64,000 nucleotides of DNA from an uncultured Selenomonadales bacterium (GTDB lineage Bacteria; Bacillota; Negativicutes; Acidaminococcales; Acidaminococcaceae). This document shows, one piece after another, positions 56,670 to 64,000 of the stretch. The DNA lies in NCBI GenBank assembly GCA_900316935.1, contig ONEW01000008.1:1216-65215 (forward strand), in the 5' to 3' direction. The translations under genes and the position numbers were made by a program. Each line of letters starts with the position of its first letter. Within the stretch, counting starts at the first letter, position 1. Below the pieces are notes generated by a model. The model ran no database searches. It was not told the DNA's origin and worked only from the letters and a program-made list of their open reading frames with translations.

Positions 56670-57182
56670 TTGACCGAGAAGAGAGTCTATACGGAAGAAG
56701 AAATCGAAACATTGGCGGAAAAGGCGTCCCAAAACGCCATGGAACACTTCAAGCATGGCCTGAACTGTGGGGAATGCGTGCTGCAGGGCTTCCTGGACCT
56801 GGGCATTTCCGATTATCCGAAGGACATCGTCGCCCTCGTCTCCGGCATGGGCGGCGGCATGGGCTTCACACACCATACGTGCGGCGCCGTCAATGCAGGT
56901 CTCGTCGTCATCGGCAGTGAAAAGGGCCGCAGGAATCCCTATGCCAAACCGACCTTTGACGAACGTGTCGACGAGCTCCACCATCCCGGCACAGGCATTT
57001 ACCCCCGCCACGGCGCGTATGTAAGGGACTGCATCCGGGAATACGGCACCATCGAATGCCGCGACCTGTGCTTCCCCTTTGACGAATCGACCCCCGAAGG
57101 CAAAAAGGAACGGGCCCGCAACTGCAGGAAGATCATCGGATTCTGCACCAAGGCTGCCGTCCGGGCTGCCCTGAAACCCTGA
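56670..57182 (+). CDS. C-GCAxxG-C-C family putative redox protein
   Basis: NCGEC, GMGGGMG, CGAVNAG, CRDL, CRKI. RBS supports TTG 56670. Confidence 0.82.
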   Translation: MTEKRVYTEEEIETLAEKASQNAMEHFKHGLNCGECVLQGFLDLGISDYPKDIVALVSGMGGGMGFTHHTCGAVNAGLVVIGSEKGRRNPYAKPTFDERVDELHHPGTGIYPRHGAYVRDCIREYGTIECRDLCFPFDESTPEGKKERARNCRKIIGFCTKAAVRAALKP

Positions 57183-57212
57183 TCCCTATGGAACCGGAAA
57201 GCAGGTGACCCC

Positions 57213-58910
57213 ATGGCCAGCAAATACGTCATCATCGGCGGCGTCGCGGGCGGAGCGTCCGCGGCCGCCCGCCTGCGCCGTCTGGACGAGGCGGCGCATA
57301 TCGTCCTGTTCGAAAAAGGGCCCTATGTGTCCTTTTCCAACTGCAGCCTGCCCTACTACCTGAACCGGCTCGTGCCCGAAAGCGGCAGCCTGGTACTCAT
57401 GAATCCCGAACGGTTCCGGAAGCAGTACAACATCGACGCCCGCACGGAGCAGGAAGTGACCGCCATCAACCGGCAACGCCGGACCGTTTCGGTACGGAAC
57501 CTCCGCACGGGGGAAACCTACGAGGAACCGTATGAAAAACTGGTTCTGGCACCGGGCGGTACGCCTGTCCTGCCCCGCTCCATCGGCGGGTTGGACGGTC
57601 CCAACGTGTTCACCCTCCACACCGTACCCGATGTGGTGAAACTGGACGCCTGGCTGCGCGGCCGGAAAGTCCGGCGCGTCGTCATCGCCGGCGGCGGTTT
57701 CATCGGCTGCGAAGCAGCGGAGTGCCTGCGGGAAGCCGGGTTCGATGTGACCATCATCGAAGCGGCGGACCAGATTCTGGCGCCTTATGATTTCGATCTG
57801 GTCCAGATGCTCCACAAGGAACTGCTGGATCATGGCGTGCAGCTGATCCTGCAGGACGGCGTCCAGGCAATCACGGAAACGGAAGTCCTGCTGCAGAGCG
57901 GCCGCAAAGTACCCGCCGAAGCAGTCATCATGGCCATCGGCGTCAAACCGGACACCCGCCTGGCCCAGGCTGCCGGCCTCATCATCGGCACGACCGGCGG
58001 CATCAAGGTCGACGGGAATTTCCGCACGAACGACCCGGACATCTATGCCGCCGGCGATGCCATCGAGGTCCTGAACCGCCTGAACCACCGGCCCATGCGC
58101 CTCGCCCTCGCCTGGCCGGCCCAGATGGAGGCCCGCGCCGCAGCGGACGCCATCTGCGGCATCAGCCATGAACGGAAAGGGTTCCTGGGATCTTCCGTCG
58201 TGAAGGTCTTCGGCCTCTATGCGGCCCGCACGGGTCTGAACGAGAAAGAGGCTGCGGCCGCCGGGTTCGACTGGGACTACGCCTATGTGATCCCCCTGGA
58301 CAAAGTCGGTGTATTGCCGGGAGCGCGTCCCATCCACCTGAAAGTCCTCTTTGAAAAAGGGACGGGGCGCCTGCTGGGAGCCCAGTCCGTCGGGGCGGAA
58401 GGCGCTGTGCGCCGCATCCACGTGCTGGCTGCCCTGCTCGGCATGAACGGCACCCTGTCGGATCTGCGCGACGCCGAACTGTGCTACGCCCCCGTTACGG
58501 CGACCGCGAAGGACGCCGTCAATATGGCGGGCCTCGTGGGCCTGAACCTGCTCTACGGGCGCTTCCGTCAGGTCCACTTGACCGAAGTGCGGCGCCTTGT
58601 GGAAGAAAAAGCCTGCCTCCTCGACGTGCGCGAAGAAGGGGAATACGCCGCCGGCCACCTGCTCGGCGCCGTCAACCTGCCCCTGAGCCAGCTGCGGCAG
58701 CGCATGGGCGAAGTCCCCAAAGACCGTCCGGTCTATCTCCACTGCCGTTCCAGCCAGCGCAGCTACAACGCCGTCATGGCCCTGCAGAACAGCGGCTGGA
58801 CCAACGTGTACAATATCGCCGGTTCCTACCTGGCCATCTCCCTCTACGAAGCCATGCAGGAAAAACTCTACGGCAAGCCGAAGATTGTGACGGCCTATAA
58901 CTTCAAATGA
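57213..58910 (+). CDS. CoA-disulfide/persulfide reductase-like flavoprotein with a C-terminal rhodanese domain
   Basis: GGVAGG, SFSNCSLPYY (redox Cys), GGGFIG, YAAGD, YAP, DVRE...HCRSSQRSY. Confidence 0.88.
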   Translation: MASKYVIIGGVAGGASAAARLRRLDEAAHIVLFEKGPYVSFSNCSLPYYLNRLVPESGSLVLMNPERFRKQYNIDARTEQEVTAINRQRRTVSVRNLRTGETYEEPYEKLVLAPGGTPVLPRSIGGLDGPNVFTLHTVPDVVKLDAWLRGRKVRRVVIAGGGFIGCEAAECLREAGFDVTIIEAADQILAPYDFDLVQMLHKELLDHGVQLILQDGVQAITETEVLLQSGRKVPAEAVIMAIGVKPDTRLAQAAGLIIGTTGGIKVDGNFRTNDPDIYAAGDAIEVLNRLNHRPMRLALAWPAQMEARAAADAICGISHERKGFLGSSVVKVFGLYAARTGLNEKEAAAAGFDWDYAYVIPLDKVGVLPGARPIHLKVLFEKGTGRLLGAQSVGAEGAVRRIHVLAALLGMNGTLSDLRDAELCYAPVTATAKDAVNMAGLVGLNLLYGRFRQVHLTEVRRLVEEKACLLDVREEGEYAAGHLLGAVNLPLSQLRQRMGEVPKDRPVYLHCRSSQRSYNAVMALQNSGWTNVYNIAGSYLAISLYEAMQEKLYGKPKIVTAYNFK

Positions 58911-59026
58911 CCTTCCCTCTGCCAGGGTACGATGCACCCTGACCGGAAGGACCGTAAAAACACCCCGGTTGTGGCGGCGGATGATGATTCCGCTGCGGCA
59001 GCCGGGGTGCACTTTTGGCGTGTTCT

Positions 59027-59905
59027 TTATTTCTGGGCCCCGAAGTCCGGCGAAAAACGCAGGTACCCTTCAAGGATTTCGGCGCTGGGAACATAATACG
59101 GCCTGCCCTGTTCTGCCAGGCGCGCGATGCGGGCCATATCGCCCCTGGTCAGGCTGAAATCGAAAATGTCGAGATTGGCCCGGATGTGGTCCGGGTTCTT
59201 CGAACCCGGAATGACGACGTGGCCGCTCTGCACATGCCAGCGCAGGATGATCTGGGCATTGGATTTCCCGTATTTGGCAGCCAGTTCCGTGAAAACCGGT
59301 TCCTGTACCAGCTTTGCATCGCCGTGCCCCAGGGGATACCAGGCCATCAGCACGGCGCCGTACCGTGCCATATGCTTCTTCAGCGCCTGTTCAGGATAGT
59401 AGGGATGCGCTTCAGCCTGCAGGACTGCCGGTGGCAGCTCTGCCTGCATCAGGATGTCGTCAATCTTTTCGACCGGGAAGTTCGACAACCCCAGGGAACG
59501 CACTTTGCCGGCCTTAACGGCGCGCTCCATCGCCTGGTAGGCGCCCGCGTAGTCGCCTGCAGGCTGGTGCAGGAACAAGAGGTCGATGTAGTCCGTACCC
59601 AGCCGCTGCAGCGTCGCGTCGATGGCTTTGTCCGCCTCGGCGTACACACTGGGCCACAGCTTGGTGGACAAAAAGATGTCCCCTCTGTCTTTGCCGGATG
59701 CCCGGATGGCACGGCCCACCGCCTTTTCGTTCAGGTAGGCGTTGGCCGTGTCGACGAGTCTGTATCCGTTCTGCAGTGCCGTCCGGACAGCCGCTTCCGC
59801 CTCGTCCGGCTGCATCAGGAACGTGCCGATGCCGACAGCCGGCATCATCGTGCCATTATTCAACGTAAAATCCATGATTTCCTGTGTCTGTCCACCCTGT
59901 TTCAT
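59027..59905 (-). CDS. Aldo/keto reductase (DkgA-like)
   Basis: GIGTF, DTANAY, STKLW, LFLHQP, GLSNF, IPGS. Confidence 0.92.
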   Translation of the reverse strand: MKQGGQTQEIMDFTLNNGTMMPAVGIGTFLMQPDEAEAAVRTALQNGYRLVDTANAYLNEKAVGRAIRASGKDRGDIFLSTKLWPSVYAEADKAIDATLQRLGTDYIDLLFLHQPAGDYAGAYQAMERAVKAGKVRSLGLSNFPVEKIDDILMQAELPPAVLQAEAHPYYPEQALKKHMARYGAVLMAWYPLGHGDAKLVQEPVFTELAAKYGKSNAQIILRWHVQSGHVVIPGSKNPDHIRANLDIFDFSLTRGDMARIARLAEQGRPYYVPSAEILEGYLRFSPDFGAQK

Positions 59906-60017
59906 GTGCAAATCCTCCTTGGGTATCACTATGCTTTCAACAGATGTTCCCGTATCTCATCCAGATACATCTTACCTTGTAATAGACGGATTCATCATAT
60001 TACTATTGCATATTGCC

Positions 60018-60032
60018 ATACGTTTCAAGTAT
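60018..60032. promoter_or_regulatory. LysR recognition site (ATAC-N7-GTAT)
   Basis: Perfect T-N11-A dyad between the divergent AKR and LysR genes. Confidence 0.6.
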
Positions 60033-60073
60033 ACTAAAAGGAAATAATCGTCTGAAGGCAAGGAGGACTCATC

Positions 60074-60916
60074 ATGCTCGAATTATACCTGTTGGAACAG
60101 CTGGACGCCTTCCACCGCTGCGGCACCTTGTCGGCCGCCGCGGAGGAGCTGCACCTTTCCCAGCCTTCCCTGTCGCGCTCTATGCAGAAGCTGGAAGACA
60201 CGCTGGGCGTACCCCTTTTCGACCGGCAGAAGAACCGTCTCGTCCTGAATTCCACCGGCATCGTGGCAGCGGAAGACGCCGGCCGCATCCTTGCTTCTGT
60301 GGCCGCCATGGAGGAACGGATCCGCCTCCACGACAAGAGTCTGCACACTCTGACCGTGGGCAGCTGCGCCCCCGGCCCCCTGATGCGGCTGCTACCCCTC
60401 GTTACCGGCGCGTTTTCCGGTCTGTCCGTCTCTGCCGGCCAGGACACGGCGGAACACCTGCTGCAGGCGCTGCGCGACGGCGCCTGCCAGCTCGCCGTCC
60501 TCCCCCGCCCCGTGGAAGAAGAAGGACTCGTCTGCCGGCCCTATCTCACGGAGCACCTTTACATGTCCATCACGCCGTTCCATCCCGCGGCACCGTATAA
60601 GACCATCTCCTTCGCCCAGGCAGACGGCCAGAACTTCATCATGTACGCCAAGGTCGGCATCTGGGAAGACATTGTGCGGGAAAAGATGCCCCATGCGCAC
60701 TTCCTCAAACAAGAGGACCAGGCCGCCGTGGAGCAGCTCGGCCAGCAGTCCGACCTGCCCCTGTTTTCCACGAACATCACCGTCGAGACGATTCCGGCCC
60801 GGCGCAAAAACCGCATCAACATCCCCTTCAGCGATCCCGAAGCCCGGATCACATTCCACCTGGTATACCGCAAGGCGGACGAAAAACGGTTCCGCCGCTT
60901 CCTCTCCCTCCTGTGA
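60074..60916 (+). CDS. LysR family regulator
   Basis: TLSAAAEELHLSQPSLSRSMQKLEDTLGVPLFDR. Confidence 0.92.
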   Translation: MLELYLLEQLDAFHRCGTLSAAAEELHLSQPSLSRSMQKLEDTLGVPLFDRQKNRLVLNSTGIVAAEDAGRILASVAAMEERIRLHDKSLHTLTVGSCAPGPLMRLLPLVTGAFSGLSVSAGQDTAEHLLQALRDGACQLAVLPRPVEEEGLVCRPYLTEHLYMSITPFHPAAPYKTISFAQADGQNFIMYAKVGIWEDIVREKMPHAHFLKQEDQAAVEQLGQQSDLPLFSTNITVETIPARRKNRINIPFSDPEARITFHLVYRKADEKRFRRFLSLL

Positions 60917-60928
60917 CCGGATAAACGG

Positions 60929-60963
60929 AAGCCCCCGGCAGGCAATCCTGCCGGGGGCTTTTT
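60929..60963. terminator. Intrinsic terminator between convergent genes
   Basis: AAGCCCCCGGCAGG-CAAT-CCTGCCGGGGGCTTTTT. Confidence 0.85.
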
Positions 60964-60997
60964 GCGCCATGATGCTGCCGCACACCGTGCCCTGCTG

Positions 60998-62422
60998 TCA
61001 TTTTACGAAGTCGCCGTTCATGTCGACCAGTTTGCCGGGGTTCATGATGTTGTTCGGGTCCAAGGCCTTCTTGATGGCCTTGATGACCTTCAGTTCCGCG
61101 GCCGGTGTGTTCCTGGCGAACTCTTCCAGTTTCTTGAAGCCGATGCCGTGTTCGCCGCTCATTTTGCCGCCCAGGGCATACACACGCGGGAACAGGTCCG
61201 CATGGAAGGCCTTGATCTTATCAAACCATTCGTCCGGCGTCAGACCTTCCCGGTTCAGGGGCAGAACATGGATGTTACCATCGCCGATGTGGGCGCAGGT
61301 GACGCAGTATAGGCCGTATTTCTTCGTCAGGCCCGGAATCTGGGCCGTCATTTCAGGAATCTTGTCCAGGGGCACGACGAAGTCCTCCGTCTGGAACATC
61401 TTGTCGATGGCCCGGGCTGCTTCGGCGAACTGCTTGCGCAATTTCCAGATGCGGGCGTCGGCCTCGAACTCATCCACAGAACCGTTGGCTTCGGCCAGTT
61501 CGACGAGTTTCTCCATCTTTCGGTCGATATCGTCTTCGTAGAACGATTCCACTGTCACGATGACGTAGCAGCCGCCGTCTTCCACATGGGGGAAGGTCAT
61601 GTCCAGGAACTTGCTGGTCATGGCGATGGCTTCGTTGTCCATGTATTCCAGGCTCGTCGGGTCGATGCCGGCCTTGAGGATCTTGTTCGGCAGAGCCAGG
61701 GCCTTGGCATCGTCCTTGAAGACGCAGACCATGTTGAAGCTGTACGGCGGCAGGGGACGCAGCTTCACCGTCACTTCGGTGATGATGCCCAAGGCGCCTT
61801 CGGAGCCGGCGAAGAGCTGTTCCAGCGCCAAGCCCGTGGAACATTTCTGCAGGCGCGCGCCGGCCGTCAGGATATCCCCCGTCGGGGTGACGACTTTGAC
61901 GGAATAGATCTGGTTGCGCGTGGTGCCGTATTTGACCGCCTTGTTGCCGCCGGCATTATTGGCTACGTTGCCGCCGATGGCGCAGTTCTCGGAACTGGAC
62001 GGATCGCCGGCGTACAGCAGGCCCCTGGCGCGGGCCGCCGCCTGCAGGTCATTCGTCGAAACACCGCACTGGGCCGTGCAGTACAGAGCCTCTTCATTCA
62101 GGTCCAGAATCTTGTTCATCTTTTCCACCTCCAGCACGATGCCGTGGTAGATGGGAATGGCGCCGCAGGCCACGTTGGTACCCGCCGCGCGCGGAGTGAT
62201 GGGAACCAGGAATTCGTTGGCCAGTTTCACGATGGCCGCCACCTGTTCCGTCGTCTCCGGGAACACGACCACTTCCGGCTTGCGGAAGTAATGGGGGTTG
62301 CCTTCTTCGTCCGTCTGGTACTGGGTCAGGGTCTCTTCGTCGCAACGGACGTTCTTGTCCCCTGCGACGGCCTTCAGTTTCGCGATCAGCTCCGGCGTAA
62401 CCGGATTATAATGGGATGCCAT
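60998..62422 (-). CDS. FAD-linked oxidoreductase (GlcD/LctD D-2-hydroxyacid dehydrogenase family)
   Basis: YAGDPSS, IGGNVANNAGG, GSEGALG, HIGDGNIH, SGEHGIG, MNPGK. Confidence 0.92.
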   Translation of the reverse strand: MASHYNPVTPELIAKLKAVAGDKNVRCDEETLTQYQTDEEGNPHYFRKPEVVVFPETTEQVAAIVKLANEFLVPITPRAAGTNVACGAIPIYHGIVLEVEKMNKILDLNEEALYCTAQCGVSTNDLQAAARARGLLYAGDPSSSENCAIGGNVANNAGGNKAVKYGTTRNQIYSVKVVTPTGDILTAGARLQKCSTGLALEQLFAGSEGALGIITEVTVKLRPLPPYSFNMVCVFKDDAKALALPNKILKAGIDPTSLEYMDNEAIAMTSKFLDMTFPHVEDGGCYVIVTVESFYEDDIDRKMEKLVELAEANGSVDEFEADARIWKLRKQFAEAARAIDKMFQTEDFVVPLDKIPEMTAQIPGLTKKYGLYCVTCAHIGDGNIHVLPLNREGLTPDEWFDKIKAFHADLFPRVYALGGKMSGEHGIGFKKLEEFARNTPAAELKVIKAIKKALDPNNIMNPGKLVDMNGDFVK

Positions 62423-62588
62423 GGCGCTTCCTCCTTGTTCATAACAAAAAATCGTCCCGCCATTTTGGCGGGACTCATTATGTCCTACATCATATCACAT
62501 TTTTCATGTATTGAAAAGATGTCATGGCCGCTCTTTCCGGAACATCGCCTGACAGCTGCACCAATGATCAAGATCGGCCGGTACTTTT

Positions 62589-63047
62589 TCACTTTCCGTT
62601 TGCGGCCGGATCGGCATAGACCTCTTTCGCCATATTGAAGACTGCCCAGCCTTTCGGCCAGCCCGTATAGAAGGACAGCTGCGTAATCATCTGGACCATC
62701 TCTTCTTTGGTCACGCCGTTCTTTTTGGCGTTCTGGATATGGTACTTGAGGGAGCTGTCAATGACGCCCATGCCCATAAGGGCGGCCACGGTGATCATGC
62801 TGCGGTCGCGCAGGGACAGCTTGTCGTTGGCGGACCACACTTCGCCGAACAGGATGTCATCGTTGTAGCGCGCAAAATCCGGCGCGAAGCGGCCCAGGTT
62901 GTCCCGACCGGCGGTCTGCACCACCTTTACGGCTTTCGCCGGTTTCGGTGCCTCGACCGCATACGCCACAGCGCACAGGCTGAATCCGGAAACACTCGTC
63001 ATCAGGCTGGAAACCACTGCTGCCAGCATCATCCATACTTTCTTCAT
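62589..63047 (-). CDS. Carboxymuconolactone decarboxylase family protein with a signal-peptide-like N-terminus
   Basis: QTAGR...FGEVWS...RDRSMITVAAL...YTGWPK; N-terminal MKKVWMMLAAVV...AYA. Confidence 0.85.
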   Translation of the reverse strand: MKKVWMMLAAVVSSLMTSVSGFSLCAVAYAVEAPKPAKAVKVVQTAGRDNLGRFAPDFARYNDDILFGEVWSANDKLSLRDRSMITVAALMGMGVIDSSLKYHIQNAKKNGVTKEEMVQMITQLSFYTGWPKGWAVFNMAKEVYADPAANGK

Positions 63048-63132
63048 GATTTTTCCTCCTTGTCGATTCCCTAAAAAAGTCCATCATTGGGGGTTCAGAC
63101 CGGGCCCCTGCATTTCGGCCATCCCATCCGCT

Positions 63133-63456
63133 TCACTGCTTCTGTACCTGGCAGCGCAGGCTGTCCAGCCGCTCAATCCGGTCCTGGACGCGATGCAGGC
63201 TGCGCAGGTGGCGGGTACGGAGCTGTTCCAGCTGCTCCAGGCAGCCTGCCCAATCCTGATCAGCCTCCATAGACAGGTACCGTGCAACTTCTTCCTTGCT
63301 GAACCCGATGCCGTACAGCGTCAGCATCAGGCTCAGGAAGGGTACATCGCTTTCCGAAACACCTTCCGTTAAGCCCTGCCCGCGCTTCCATTCCGCATAT
63401 TCCTGCAGTATCCGGTCCGACACACGGTACCGGGCCCGCAACTCTTTCCCGTCCAT
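63133..63456 (-). CDS. MerR-like small regulator with a degenerate N-terminal HTH
   Basis: LYGIGFSKEEVARYL plus a C-terminal coiled coil (IERLDSL). GGAGG RBS. Confidence 0.55.
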   Translation of the reverse strand: MDGKELRARYRVSDRILQEYAEWKRGQGLTEGVSESDVPFLSLMLTLYGIGFSKEEVARYLSMEADQDWAGCLEQLEQLRTRHLRSLHRVQDRIERLDSLRCQVQKQ

Positions 63457-63568
63457 TGGACACCTCCGTCTGTTCCCGAAAATAAAAATATAAGTGTTCC
63501 GGGATTCTGATTCCCGGGACACTTACATTGTAATGGATACAGACAAAAATAGAAAATGCCTATATATT

Positions 63569-64000
63569 TCATTTTGATATGCCTGAAGTGTATTCCTTAG
63601 CCCGTTCCTGTAAAAATTCCGCAAACAGGCTGACAGGACGCGGCTGCTGCTGATTCTTCTTCCAGGCAATGACGCTGCCGACGGCCAGTACCGGCTCCAA
63701 CGGGATGGCCTGCAGATCCGGCGGGAAGTCGGCATCGAGAGGTGTAATCCCCTTCCCAACGCCGGCCCGCACCATGGCGATTGTGTTGTACAGGGACAAG
63801 TTGATGGTGGCAGGCAGTTTGAGCGTCCCATATATCGGCCCGAACCAGTTTTCAAACACGTTGCGCACAGACAGGCGCCTGGGCATAATGATATCCATTC
63901 CTTCCAGGTCTTCCGGCGTCACGGCCTCTTTATCCGCCATGGGTCGTCCTTGCGCACAAGGAGCCTGTACCGTTCCTTATGGGGCATGTGGACGAAATTG
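63569..64000 (-). pseudogene. C-terminal part of a LysR regulator with a 1-nt frameshift (5' end outside the window)
   Basis: NFVHMPHKERYRLLVRKDDP in one frame joins MADKEAVTPEDL... in another at GAC-CC-ATG (about 63941-63943). The downstream frame has TAA at 63977-63979. Confidence 0.7.

Noticed and set aside
56670-57182. Selenoprotein recoding
   Set aside because: All motif positions are Cys codons and there is no in-frame TGA.
1-64000. CRISPR array, IS element, retron/reverse transcriptase, rRNA
   Set aside because: No regularly spaced repeats, transposase or RT motifs, or rRNA-like sequence seen by eye.

Overview
Chromosomal window from a GC-rich Negativicutes bacterium (probably Acidaminococcaceae/Veillonellaceae; inferred from gene content and gene order, not from a search). 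Most genes lie on the minus strand. Contents in order: MATE exporter; SCIFF/ranthipeptide locus (scfA, missed by the ORF track, plus scfB); rapZ-yvcK-whiA-deacetylase operon; BirA-controlled bioX and bioDAWF, with no bioB in the window; xth-uvrB-uvrA-uvrC repair cluster; nucleoside salvage (udp, deoB); cfa; a six-gene ComG/type IV pilin-like operon; a low-GC GntR-SDR cassette; malic enzyme/fumarase operon; an operon with a CofE-like ligase; tRNA-Arg(CCG); an ApbE/FMN-binding flavinylation pair; a CoADR-rhodanese pair; and a LysR/aldo-keto reductase/CMD accessory cluster ending in a frameshifted LysR. The strongest unexplained signal is a ~212-nt intergenic RNA (47205-47416) with its own -10 box and terminator and several hairpins carrying UCCCC loops. 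It converges on an XRE + orphan FtsL-like operon next to the tRNA. Also notable are a second anti-SD-loop hairpin RNA candidate (30916-31000) and a CodY box plus three perfect DnaA boxes upstream of the pilin operon. I saw no CRISPR array, integrase, transposase or rRNA. All product calls come from motif recognition only; no database searches or folding programs were run.
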